Origin: Malacoraja senta
Lineage: Eukaryota
NCBI GenBank assembly: GCA_038087875.1
Contig: CM075980.1
Span: 27,528,001 to 27,592,000 of the forward strand
Direction: 5' to 3'
Length of the DNA stretch: 64,000 nucleotides
Position numbers and translations under genes: made by a program. Shown one piece after another: positions 1-11,159 of this stretch. A model generated the notes under the pieces. The model had not been told where the DNA came from. It was given only the letters and a program-made list of their open reading frames with translations, and ran no database searches. Within the stretch, counting starts at the first letter, position 1. The number at the start of each line of letters is the position of its first letter.

Positions 1-704
1 GTCTTACGACAAGGTATGACGTGATTTCTTTGCATAAATGTTGGGAATTCACCTCGGGAACCAAGGATGCTTGGTTATCATGTATAATAATACAATTGAT
101 AGATTTTTTGACAGTAAGGTGATAAAGGGACTTAGTGATTGAGCGAGAAAGTGAATGTGAGATATAGGTCAAATCAAGATGGTACTGATAATTGGAGCAA
201 GCTTGGAGGACTGCAGGCCTACTTCTGCCATATTCATGCTCCTATATTCTTATTCAGACTAACTTCATAATGAAAATGTGGGGAAACTTTGTTAATCATG
301 GCAAGTCAACAACTCTGTGTAATATAGTATTCCTTGCTTTTCATCATGAACTACTACATCAAAACATATAGAACATGCCTGATTTTTAAACTGTACAAAG
401 ACAAAATGATAATTAATTTGCCTTTCAATAAAACAACCAGTGTAATTAATTGGAAAGAGTAATTATCAAATTTTATTTGGACAATTGATGGCGACAATAC
501 AGTTCAACATTGATTGGCATGATTTAAGATTTCTACCTTAGAACAAGTTCAAAGATAATTACTGCTCCACACATACATTTTGGTTTTGTTTGGAACTTCT
601 ACTCATTACATTTTTGGATAACTTTCGTAAAGGACAAGCATTTATTTTCACCAATATGAAGCTCCTTTACATAAGCTACAATCAAAACTGTCAGCCTTTT
701 ACAT

Positions 705-900
705 TTCAGAGTCATAGAGCTGATCAGCATAGAACCAGGCCCTTCATCCCAACATGTCCATAATAACCAAGTTACTTAATTGAGCTAGACCTACTTGACT
801 GTACCTGGCCCAGATTCCTCCAAAGCTCTCCTATCCATTTACATGTCTAAGAGTCTTTTAAATATTGTAATTATACCCACCTCAACCACTTTCTTTGGCG
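705..900 (-). mobile_element. CR1-clade LINE 3' end fragment
   Basis: Similar to the 3' UTR of the CR1 copy at 56681-56900 (agagtcatagag...caggcccttc..cccaac..gtcca...ctagacctacttg...ctatccat). Confidence 0.7.
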
Positions 901-1142
901 TATAGTGTAAAGTACTTCTTTATAAAGAATATCCTTTCTTAAAAATTTATACTAAACAAAAATCTGGAAATTATATATATATATATTTTTAAAATATTTT
1001 AATATTGTGTTTCTTACTTATTGCTAAATTCTGCAAGAACAACATTATAAAGTTGAGAGAGCGTCTCGAATAACTGGTAACATATAATCAAATAACATAT
1101 AAAATGCATAAAAAGGGGGAGGTTATTTGTTAGATAATTTCT

Positions 1143-1308
1143 CTCTGGCTTTAAAGTTGAACATGAACGATATTATTTGTATTATTTGAGTTACTTATTT
1201 GTTTGTTTTCCTTTGTGTTTTATTTTATTTTTATTGCTTATAATTTTATTTGTGTTTGTATTTTTTAACATGTTCAATAAATATTTTTTTTTTTTAAATT
1301 AAAAAAAA
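1143..1308 (+). mobile_element. Short 5'-truncated poly(A) retroposon (LINE 3' UTR) with 21-bp TSD
   Basis: T-rich body, AATAAA and an A-rich tail. Flanked by GTTATTTGTTAGATAATTTCT (1122-1142) and GTTATTTGCTAGATAATTTCT (1309-1329), 1 mismatch. Confidence 0.7.
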
Positions 1309-1994
1309 GTTATTTGCTAGATAATTTCTACCTTGGTCTAGAAATTAAGTAGCTATAAACAATCCTACCAACACCGTCTACAAAAAGCCTCTGATTGCAG
1401 AACTTCGAGCTACCTCTTCAGACAAAGAATGTTACAGGACATGCCTTAAATGCACAAATTAGCATAGTAATTTAACATTGAAACTGCACTAGATTCTTGA
1501 CTCCTCACAAGCAATGCCATCGTGATCAGCCATTATTCATAAAAATATGCAGAAGCAAAATCGAGGAAGAGTTTAAACCAATGTGTTGGGGGAAGGACAC
1601 AAGCAGCATGAAAAAGACAACAAGCTGCATAAAGGATTGAAAGGAGTGAATAGTATTCAAAGAATCTGCGGTCAGAAAGCTGCGTGGCAGATGAAGGTGG
1701 CAGTTAACATCCAAATATAGTTGATCGGTTGCAGGCACAGCAGCAAAATGGGATTAGGATTGTGTGCAATAATAGACATGGATCAAGCAAGAAGAGGAGA
1801 ATGTGCACTGCATATTCTTGGCCATAATACATTGAGGAAGGGTAGAGAAAAAAACATAGAGGTGGCAAATGACAAAATAGCAAAGATACAAACAGAGCAA
1901 CAGAAAGACATAATTTATTTGAAGTTCAAAAAAAAGTCTATTTCGTTGAAATTAAGACATTTAGGAGTGAACATACTGCTGATATGTTAACATA

Positions 1995-2530
1995 TATATA
2001 CTTGGCATCTTGCTTGGCGTAGACACTGTGGGCCATAAGGCCTGTTCCTTTGCTATACTGTTCTATGTTCTATGCCAAATGCCATAGTCAATCAAAGAAT
2101 TGAAAGGATATGCAGGTAGCATAACTGTACAAGGAATGCTACAGAAATTAAGTGGTTCTTCTTAACAGAGAGAGGTTAAGGCATATGATGGAAGGGTTCA
2201 AAAAGTTGAAGGGCTCTGCAGGCAAATAAAGAAAAAATGTCCTACAAAGATGAAAGATTGGTAAAAGGGAGGTGGATTTAAGCTAATTGGTTGAAGAGCC
2301 AGAGCAGTGGAGATATTTTTGCAAGTAAGATATCAGGATCTGGAAATCACTGCAGGAAAGTAGATTCAATAATAACTTTCAAGAAGATTTTAGTTGAATT
2401 CTCAAAACAGGAACAAAGTGCAGGAATATGGAGGAATAGTCTGGGGGATCGTTGGAGTGTTCACTCAAAGAGCTGACCAAAGCTCAATGGACCAAATGGC
2501 ACCACTGTAATGCCTCAATTTATGATTTCC
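1995..2530 (+). mobile_element. Degenerate CR1 LINE 3' fragments
   Basis: aagggcctgttcctttgctatactgttctatgttctatg tail at about 2037-2075, followed by decayed CR1 ORF2 C-terminal sequence. Confidence 0.55.
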
Positions 2531-4503
2531 TAGAATGCTTTCATGATAACAAAACCAGCTTAATTTTGAAATCATGACCTGTTTTAGATAATGTCTAATT
2601 AAGACCATGACTTTTGTAACTGTCCTTATCTTTGAGAACCAGCCTCTGGTATTATTCCCAAAGTTTAGTTTTTATTATTCTGGTACTATTATATAATGCT
2701 TATCTTGGAAGTTCATCATTCTGATTAAATTTATGCTTGGTGAAATAGTGTCAACATATTCTAAATGTATTACATTTAATTGAGTAAATTATATATTAAA
2801 GATGGGGGGAAAAAAATCATAAGGAAATTTTGTATGAAGTTTTATTTTAAATATTATAGGAATATAACTTATATTTTGCATTGCTATTCACTATTTGTTA
2901 AACAAACAGTGGGACATAAGTGGCATGTGTAACAGATGCACTATAGAAGTTGGCAATATGATTGTTTGGAAGAAATATCATTGGTATTCTGTCTCTTCCT
3001 ATTCAATATTGTAACAGGACTTCTCAGAAATAGGCTGTATAGTGCTCTGTGCTATTTAGAGGTCAAGGATGCCTTTACGTAAGCACAAGAATTCCCTACC
3101 CCCACCCCCAACGCCCTGCAGGTAATATTTTGGCAACATGCATTTTCTAGCTATATGTTTTATTTGTCTCTGGTACAAAGTAGCTCTGCAATTTAAATTC
3201 ATTGGATTTTCCAATCAGCCTAGCTCGCTCCACCAGAAACAATAAAACAGTCTCCGCCGTTCTTCTGCTGACTAGCCATGCAGCAAAGCAGCTCCCAGCT
3301 ACACACATCAGTGGGCCTCTTGGAGACCAAAGCTATTCCTGTAGTGTATGTACGCTCACTGCCTACCAAATGATTAATAAATCTGAAGGGGAGACAGAAA
3401 GCAAATATATTTGCCTCTGTATTGTTAACTCATCCTATGTTTTATTGACAAAAAGTAAAGGCAACCATCAACCTGAAATATGTTGACTATAATTTCAGAT
3501 TTTTATAGGCATACTGTTTCTGTGCTTCAAAGTCCATTAATAATGTGCAGTGTAAAAGCAAGATAAATCCATTTGAAAACTATGAGCAGCACCATTAAAT
3601 TCCACCTTTATTCTAATTTTTAAACAAAGCTGAAGGTAGCTGCACAACATTGCAATTTCATTTTTCTTTCAGTGATGGTAGAATTAGTCTATTAATAAAC
3701 TTCATTTTTGTAGCTGAATCCCCCTATCTTACAACATGTTTTTTATAGTTAGGGTGTATTAACAGAATTTCCTATAGCTATTTTAAATGTCAGAACCACA
3801 CAACATCAAAACTCAAGGAATGTACAAAAATAACACACTTAAAGGAATCTAGAGGTGGGACTTACTTTATGATCCAGTTAAATTTAGAGTTGGAATAAAT
3901 AACAGCTAGTGATAGAGATTCCAAGGAAAATTACAGAAAAAAAATGTCATACTGAGTTACCTGTCATCAAATCTTTTCTTCCCATCAATATTTGATGTAG
4001 TTTTCGTACAGGCAATACTGCTACACATTGGGATACATGAGCACAAAAAACTGTCTGCATATAAACATACATAAGTAAACACGACCTACCCCCCCCCCCC
4101 CCCCATACACACACACATACAGAGGCGCTGCGAGTCGACTGCCTCGCCTGCAGCGGGTTCGTTGTTTAGACTTTTTTGTTGTATGTCCAAAAGTATGTTT
4201 TAGTGTTTCTCTGTATGTCTTGTGTGGGGGGTGGTGGGAAACCGTTTTCAGGCTCCTGCATCGACGGAGATGGGACTTTCTTCCTTGTCGATTCTTCGCC
4301 CCCTTCCTTGCGGCCTTACAGCTGGTTTAGTGCGGCCTTTCCTGGAGTCAGACCCAGAGCTTTGCGGCGGCGCGGCACAGCGGGGACTTTAACATCGCGG
4401 ATCCCCATGCCGGAGGTCGCCGGAGAAGCGCTCCGACCGCTGGCCTGCGGCCTACAACATCGTGGAGCCTCGGTCTGTGGAGCTTCTGGCGCCATGCATG
4501 GAG

Positions 4504-4863
4504 TGTACCTTCCATTGTGGAACGGGAGATCACTCGCCGGGGGTCGCCAGAGAAGAGCTGCAACCGTCGGCCTGCGGCCTACAACATCTGGAAGCCACGG
4601 TCTCCGGTAAGGAGCTGGCCGACTGGGTGTGCTCGACCTGTCCCGATGTCGGCGTTCTGACCATCCCGACCAGAGGGCTTGAACATCGGGCCATCCGTAG
4701 CGGCGACTACGGAGGGTCAGGGCCCCGACCACAGGTGAACAAGGGAGGAGGAGGACTGTCTGAACTGTATTGCCTTCCACCACAGTGAAGAATGCTGTGT
4801 TGAATTATGTTGTGTATTATGTCCTTTTTTTAAATTGTAACGCTGCATGGTAAATTATATTTC
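4504..4863 (+). repeat. 360-bp direct repeat, copy 1
   Basis: tgtaccttcc...attatatttc. No mismatch found by eye against 6481-6840. Confidence 0.95.
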
Positions 4864-6480
4864 TTTTTTTTTTTTTTTTTTTTATTTTTTTTTTATTTTT
4901 TTTTTTTTTTATTTTTTATTTTTTAGAAGTACGGTAGATTACAGTAATGTACAACACGTATATATTAATACATTTTTTGTACCGCTTCACTTTTTTAAAC
5001 TTTAAGAAAGAAAAAGAAAGAAGTAAGAAAAGTGAAGAAAGTGCGCAAAGGTTGTGAAGTGCAAAAGAGTGTTGGGAAAAGAAAGCCCCTTAGAAAAGAG
5101 GTTAGAGAAGGAAGTAAAGTTAGAAAATAGACCCTAGAAAAAAAAGAGAAAGAAAGAAGGAACAATCGCTCTATTATGACTCTTATACCATACTTCATAG
5201 AGAAGGAACTACCAACCAAGTCTATTTTTATTTTACCTCCCATTACCAGGTCCAGATACCTTTTATTTATTTATTTGTTTTTCTAAATTACTATTGCACC
5301 TCATGCTTGTAATAGGTCCAAAAACGTAGACCACGTCTTTTGAAATTGATCTGCTTTGCCTACTAGGAGGAATCTCATCTCTTCCAGATGTAATGTTTCC
5401 AACATATTTGATGTCCACATTTTTATTGTTGGTGTGGGCGCATTTTTCCAGAATTTAAGTATAAGCTTTTTTCCCATTATTAGCCCATAATTGAGTAAAT
5501 TCTTCTGATACACGTTTAATTCAGGAATACCTTCCGATATTCCAAAAATAATCCATTCTGGTTTTGGTACCAGTTTTATTTTGATTAATTTTGAAAAAAT
5601 ATCAAATATTTCAAACCAGAATTTTTGGATTTTTGTACAAAAAACAAAAGAATGTGCTATGGTAGCTTCTTGACATATACATTTATCACAGATTGGTGAG
5701 ACGTTAGGAAAGATTTTATTTAGTTTGGTTTTTGAATAATATAATCTATGTAATGTTTTAAATTGGATAAGCGTATGTCGTACGTTGATCGAGCATTTAT
5801 GCACCTGTAATAAATGATTATCCCAACTCTCTTTTGAAATTTTTATACCTAGATCTTGTTCCCAATCTCTTCTAATTCCATCTGTTGTGGGTATTTCTAT
5901 ATTTAAGATGATATTATATAAGTATGATATTAAATTAGCTGATTCCGCCTTTGTCTTCATTGCTTCATCTAGTAAGTCGGAAGGCATATTATAATAATCT
6001 TTTGTGTGTGTTTTCAAATAGTCACAGATTTGTATATATTTAAAATATTGATTATTTTTCAAATTATATTTCAGTTGTAGTTGTTGGAATGATAGTAATT
6101 TTTCTAATTCATACAGATCTTCGAGCGTTTTAATTCCCATTCTTTCCCATTGTATAAATGCTTTATCTATGATTGAAGGTTTAAACGATGGGTTATTGAC
6201 TATTGGTATTAAGAGAGATAGGTTTCTTAATTTTAGATTCTGTTTTATTTGCTTCCATGTTCTAATAGTGCTATATATAATTGGATTTTTATTATAATTT
6301 TTATTATTCAAGTTTATTGGAGAGAGAATAATCGCTCCTATATTATTCGGGGAGCAATCCCCTTTTTCCATTATAATCCAGTCCACCTGCTGGGCAGAAT
6401 TGTCCAGCAGGTGAATCATATTTTTAATATTTACTGCCCAGTTATAATACATAAAGTTAGGGAGCGCTAGACCCCCCAAC
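4864..6480 (-). mobile_element. Young 5'-truncated L1-clade LINE
   Basis: Poly(A) tail (poly-T on +, 4864-4925), 3' UTR to 5300, and an uninterrupted ORF2 C-terminal reading frame from 6479 down to 5301. Confidence 0.92.
5301..6479 (-). CDS. L1 ORF2 C-terminal portion (post-RT region and CCHC zinc knuckle), 5'-truncated, no true start codon
   Basis: GGLALPNF motif and CDKCICQEATIAHSFVFC..IQKFW zinc knuckle typical of fish L1 ORF2. 392 codons with no stop. Confidence 0.85.
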   Translation of the reverse strand: MGGLALPNFMYYNWAVNIKNMIHLLDNSAQQVDWIIMEKGDCSPNNIGAIILSPINLNNKNYNKNPIIYSTIRTWKQIKQNLKLRNLSLLIPIVNNPSFKPSIIDKAFIQWERMGIKTLEDLYELEKLLSFQQLQLKYNLKNNQYFKYIQICDYLKTHTKDYYNMPSDLLDEAMKTKAESANLISYLYNIILNIEIPTTDGIRRDWEQDLGIKISKESWDNHLLQVHKCSINVRHTLIQFKTLHRLYYSKTKLNKIFPNVSPICDKCICQEATIAHSFVFCTKIQKFWFEIFDIFSKLIKIKLVPKPEWIIFGISEGIPELNVYQKNLLNYGLIMGKKLILKFWKNAPTPTIKMWTSNMLETLHLEEMRFLLVGKADQFQKTWSTFLDLLQA

Positions 6481-6840
6481 TGTACCTTCCATTGTGGAAC
6501 GGGAGATCACTCGCCGGGGGTCGCCAGAGAAGAGCTGCAACCGTCGGCCTGCGGCCTACAACATCTGGAAGCCACGGTCTCCGGTAAGGAGCTGGCCGAC
6601 TGGGTGTGCTCGACCTGTCCCGATGTCGGCGTTCTGACCATCCCGACCAGAGGGCTTGAACATCGGGCCATCCGTAGCGGCGACTACGGAGGGTCAGGGC
6701 CCCGACCACAGGTGAACAAGGGAGGAGGAGGACTGTCTGAACTGTATTGCCTTCCACCACAGTGAAGAATGCTGTGTTGAATTATGTTGTGTATTATGTC
6801 CTTTTTTTAAATTGTAACGCTGCATGGTAAATTATATTTC
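6481..6840 (+). repeat. 360-bp direct repeat, copy 2
   Basis: Matches 4504-4863 and abuts the L1 5' truncation point. Confidence 0.95.
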
Positions 6841-7465
6841 ACTGCACCTTATGGTGCATGTGACAAATAAATTTGAACTTGGATACACACACACACACAT
6901 AATGAAAACTCTTAATGATGGCAAACTAGGCAAAGTGTAAGGGCAAACATAGGAGACTATGAGATTAGGAGGGGAATGGGTAAATAAGTGTCAGAAGAAC
7001 TGACTTCGAAAATATTTTAAGGACACGCATTTTGGAAGTAAAAATAAAGAATGGAAATACGGTTTAAATGGTTTTGCATATAAAACAGCAGTTATGCAGA
7101 CAGACATAAATCCTAATGGCCAGATTGAAAGAGCTTTTACTAATGTAAATTGGATCTCTTCACATAGGTATCAAGAGGTGTTGAATACAGGTTATTTTGT
7201 ACCATGGCAAGTTGTAAAATTGAACTCAATAAGTCCATTAATTAATTACCTGACACGCGAAAACAACTCTGATGCCTTGTTATAAAAAACACGTTTAAAA
7301 TAGGAAATAAGGTATCTTTACCATTGTCTTATGCCTTGACTTTGCACCTTAATATTTTCAAGGCAAAATAGGGAGGGTAATAATAATACCAGCTTATCAA
7401 TATTTTCCACTATGCATATTTTCCACATTGATTTCAGCAATATGCTCAGTAACTATGGTCTAGAG

Positions 7466-7691
7466 CAAGGGTTCACAACCTGGGGTACATTTACCTCCAG
7501 GGGGTAAATTTTGCCTACCCAGGGGGTACATTTGTTGATTCTGGATTTGTACATATTTTTTCTCATTGACTGACTGTGTTTGGTTCTGGTATCTGTTCAT
7601 CATTAGGTGTTCATAATTAAGTGAAATAACATTGTTATGTGCTATTAAAGTTGCCAGGGGTAAATGGGACGAAAAAGGTTGGGAACCCCTG
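7466..7691. mobile_element. Non-autonomous hAT (Charlie-type) DNA transposon
   Basis: TIRs CAAGGGTTCACAACC / GGTTGGGAACCCCTG. Perfect 8-bp TSD GTCTAGAG at 7458-7465 and 7692-7699, matching the NTCTAGAN Charlie target. Confidence 0.9.
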
Positions 7692-7834
7692 GTCTAGAGA
7701 ATGAAAATACAGAACAGTGGAATAAAAATCTTTAAGAGTTGTTGCGAGATGATTTTGCAAGCAACGAATAGCAAATAGGTCCAAGTATATCCCAAAGAAA
7801 TGTATAAGAGAACAAATTGAAAAACGTTAGTGTT

Positions 7835-7920
7835 CAGCCATGAGCGAATGGTGGTGCGGGCTCGATGGGCCTGGTGGTCTACTCTCGCACCTACTTTCTA
7901 TGTTTCTATGTTTCTATGTT
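7835..7920 (+). mobile_element. CR1 LINE extreme 3' end
   Basis: cagccatga..gaatggtggtgcgggctcgatgggcc...ctactc followed by a (tttctatg)3 tail. Confidence 0.75.
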
Positions 7921-8344
7921 ATCAGAACATTCTCTATGATTTTGTAGGACTGAAATAAAAAAGGGAACTACAAGGTTCACAAAAAATAAACTGACCTTGG
8001 GGTAGGTGCAGCACAGGATCACCAGAATGATGCAAGGATGGGGAGCAATATTATTGAATTATGACAGCGGGTCTCATAAAGTTCTTGTACTCCCTCACAT
8101 GCAAGATTGAGTCAGGCTGTTTAAAATACTGGATCAGATTATTTGGGTAATTTCAGCACTTTTTTGTATAAGTACCAGCAATGTTTTGGCTTTTCACGCG
8201 AATATAGAAGACCCAAGGATGCTCTCAGTTGGTTTCTTCTGAGGAAGTATAATTGGAATATATTCAGTTTCCAGTTAGAAGCTCATAGGTTGTGACAACA
8301 CTACACAGTACTAACCTCAGCAACTGTGAACCTCTATGGACTAA

Positions 8345-8840
8345 AGGGCCTGTCCCACGAGCATGCGACTGCATGCGGCAAGCGCGACCAAACCGGAAGC
8401 GGGGGCCGCGCGGAGGTCGAGTGATCACCGTACAGGGCCGGTCCCACCAACATGCGACTACATGCGGCGAGCGCGACCAAACCGGAAGCGGGGGCCGCAC
8501 GGAGGTCGAGTGAGTGACGTGAAGTTCGAGCAAAGTCCGCGGGAAGTTCGCGCGTGACGTATGGCGTCAAGACGCAGCGTATGGCGTCGAGACGCTGTGC
8601 ACGCCTGTCGAGGCGGTGCATACGGCGTCGAGGCGGCTGCGTGCCGACAGGCCATTGCCGCGCGGAATTTTTGAACACTGTCAGTTTTTCGGAGCCCCGC
8701 GCGATGTCGGGGCCAGCTCCGCACAACTCCATACGGCTCCAGCGATCGAAGAGGGACCGGCCCCGCGAGGCCGTACGGCTCAAGCGACCACGTTAGGTCG
8801 CGCTTGCCGCATGCAGTCGCATGCTGGTGGGACAGGCCCT
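8345..8840. mobile_element. Non-autonomous PIF/Harbinger-type MITE
   Basis: ~45-bp TIRs starting AGGGCCTGTCCCAC (1 mismatch). TAA TSD at 8342-8344 and 8841-8843. CpG-rich interior. Confidence 0.88.
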
Positions 8841-9344
8841 TAAGGACTTGGGTTATTCCACTATTATCATGCTTATTACTTTATTGGATTTAAAAAAAAT
8901 GTTGTTTCTAATCTGTGTGTATCACATTTTTTGGCCTGTAAAGGAGCTGCGAGTAAGAATTGTATTGTTCTGTTGTTGGTACATGACAATTAAACACTCG
9001 GCTCTTGAATTCCCAACATTAATGGAGAGGAATCTGCATTAACACCCAAAGGCAGGTTGCATCCAGATAAGGACTGCTCTCTATTAATCTTAAAGGAGGG
9101 GGAGGACTGCAAGGAACTAAGGCAGGTAATTGCTAATATAGATTTTTTTAAAGTTCATTTATTTTTAGTAATTTTATGCTTTGTGGTGTAATGTGTTTTA
9201 ATCATTTTTATTGTTATTAAATTTTTGGACAATTTCATCTGCAGGCCAAGACTTGGCGCAAAGCATGGATAAGCCATCTGTCAAAGTTTGCTTCAGCATT
9301 TCCTACTCTCTATACCCAACACTTATGTGAACCCAGTAAAAACA

Positions 9345-9747
9345 GACTAAGTGCTTGAGTTTCTCAGCAGGTCAGACAGCATCGCTGGAGAACTTGGACA
9401 GTGGATGTTTTGGGTTGGGACTCTTCTTCAGACTGATTGTACTAGGTGGGGGGGGGGGGGGAGAAAGCTGGAAGAGAGATGGGGCTGGGCCAAAACATGG
9501 CAAATGATAGGTGGATACAGGTGAAGGAGAGGGGGGAATTATTTGACAAGTGGGTGGACAAAGGCCTGAAAACAATGGAAAGAAAACAAAAAGCTTTGAG
9601 ATAAAGAGATAAGGAGGGAAGATGTGCAAAAATGAGGTCAGAGGTAAGGATATGGGTGGAAGGGGGCGGGAGAAGGGTAAAGGGTTGTTGTTGATTAGTC
9701 ACCTAAAATTGGCGAAATCAATGTTTATACCATTGGGTTGTAAGCTA
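9345..9747 (-). mobile_element. Penelope-like element 3' fragment
   Basis: Minus strand encodes SLQPNGINIDFANFR* (end of the GIY-YIG ORF), then a pyrimidine-rich UTR and the decayed hammerhead motif ctgaagaagagtcccaacccaaaac. Confidence 0.75.
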
Positions 9748-9977
9748 TTAGGGCGGAATATGAGATGGGATCCCATTATGTTGCAGCCAACCCTGTAAAC
9801 ACACTTGCAGTAAGCTGGCTCTGGATGCTTGCCCCTGCCTGGGTGACAAGTCAAAATCTTGGTCAGAGGACAGAAGTGAAAGTGGGCAGCTTGCTTCTCT
9901 CAAACTTTCTAGACCAAGGAGGGGATTCAAAATAGTAAAGGAGAAAAAGAGAACAAGCCAAAATTAGAGCCAGCACA

Positions 9978-11159
9978 TCTATATTACTAAAAGTCTGATC
10001 TTGACTGCTTTTGGCTCACTGTGCTGTGATTTCCGAGAGAACGCCGCCACCTACGGCCATCATTTTTGGCCACCTCGCTCAGAGCCCCCCCTCCGCCTTC
10101 CTGGACCAGAGGATTTTTCCCATCGATGAAAAATCATAGCGATATTAATGTTTAAAAAACATTTGCCATTCTCTCTGCTGCACCTGCTGGAGGGAGGGGG
10201 AGGGACTATAAAACCAGGAAGTGGTGTGCCTCACTCAGTCTCTGCAAGATGGAGGAAGCCAGAAGGTCACGTCTCTCTGAGCTCTGAATATCACTGAACA
10301 CATGTCTACTCAACTGTGAGTGCCCTTAATGTGGTTTGAAAATCAAAATATGGTTGGTTTGAAGTAAAAAGGCACTGCCTGCAAATGGTTGTTTGGGGGT
10401 TTGGGTTGAAGTGAAAAGGCACTGCCTGCAAATGGTTGTTTGGGGGGTTTGGGTTGAAGTGAAAAGGCACTGCCTGCAAATGGTTGTTTGGGGGGGTTTG
10501 GGTTGAAGTGAAAAGGCACTGCCTGCAAATGGTTGTTTGGTGGGTTTGGGTTGAAGTGAAAAGGCACTGCCTGCAAATGGTTGTTTGGGGGGGTTTGGGT
10601 TGAAGTGAAAAGGCACTGCCTGCAAATGGTTGTTTGGGGGGTTTGGGTTGAAGTGAAAAGGCACTGCCTGCAAATGGTTGTTTGGGGGGGTTTGGGTTGA
10701 AGTGAAAAGGCACTGCCTGCAAATGGTTGTTCGAGGGGTTTGGGTTGAAGTGAAAAGGCACTGCCTGCAAATGGTTGTTTGTCTAAACTTGACAACTTCC
10801 TGTTTGCACTATATTGATTTTAGATAAAATGCTACCACTTACGGCTGTGATTTTTGGCCATCTTATTCAGTTCCCCTCCGCTCATCAGGTGCAGAGGATT
10901 CTTCCCATCAATGAAAAACAAAAGTGTTATTAGTGTTTAAAAAATGTTGAGAATCTCTCTCCTGTCAATCACGCCATGAAGGCCACACCTTTTCCGGTAA
11001 TCCCTGCAGCCAACAACACCCATACCAGTGTTCCAGAAAGCTCCCCCCCCCCCCCCCCACTGGCCACCAATATTGGAATTGGTGGAGAGGTGGAATATTG
11101 CGTCGGGGGACCAGCCCTCCCGTGTGTACATGGGACCCAACGGGTCCCACTTAGTGTAG
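9978..11159 (+). mobile_element. Non-autonomous Helitron
   Basis: Starts TC (TCTATATTACTAAAA) after an A. Subterminal hairpin TGGGACCC-AAC-GGGTCCCA (11131-11149). Ends GTAG (CTAG variant) before a T. No TIR or TSD. Confidence 0.75.
10356..10780. repeat. Minisatellite, about 9 copies of a 47-49 bp unit
   Basis: Unit GGGTTGAAGTGAAAAGGCACTGCCTGCAAATGGTTGTTT(G5-7)TTT, head-to-tail with no spacers. Confidence 0.95.

Larger units (their letters stand above)
4121..6883 (+). mobile_element. GC/CpG-rich non-coding retroposon with Rex1/Babar-like 3' tail, interrupted by an L1
   Basis: GC-rich body 4121-4863 resumes at 6841 and ends in tttcactgcaccttatggtgcatgtgacaaataaatttgaacttg (stem-loop plus AATAAA). 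Flanked on both sides by atacacacacac..cat (probable TSD in a CA microsatellite). Confidence 0.6.

Noticed and set aside
4176-4788. Overlapping ORFs on both strands
   Set aside because: They lie in a GC-rich repeat where stop codons are rare, and have no recognisable domains.
4504-6840. LTR retrotransposon (360-bp repeats as LTRs)
   Set aside because: No CA end, PBS, PPT or outer TSD. The interior is an antisense poly(A)-tailed L1, and the repeats are an internal part of another element.
8264-8843. Cluster of Arg-rich ORFs / CpG-island promoter
   Set aside because: Fully explained by the GC-rich Harbinger MITE with TIRs and TSD.
10356-10780. CRISPR-like array, and the three repetitive ORFs over it
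   Set aside because: The units are contiguous with no unique spacers, there are no cas genes and the context is eukaryotic. The ORFs are by-products of a stop-free repeat unit.
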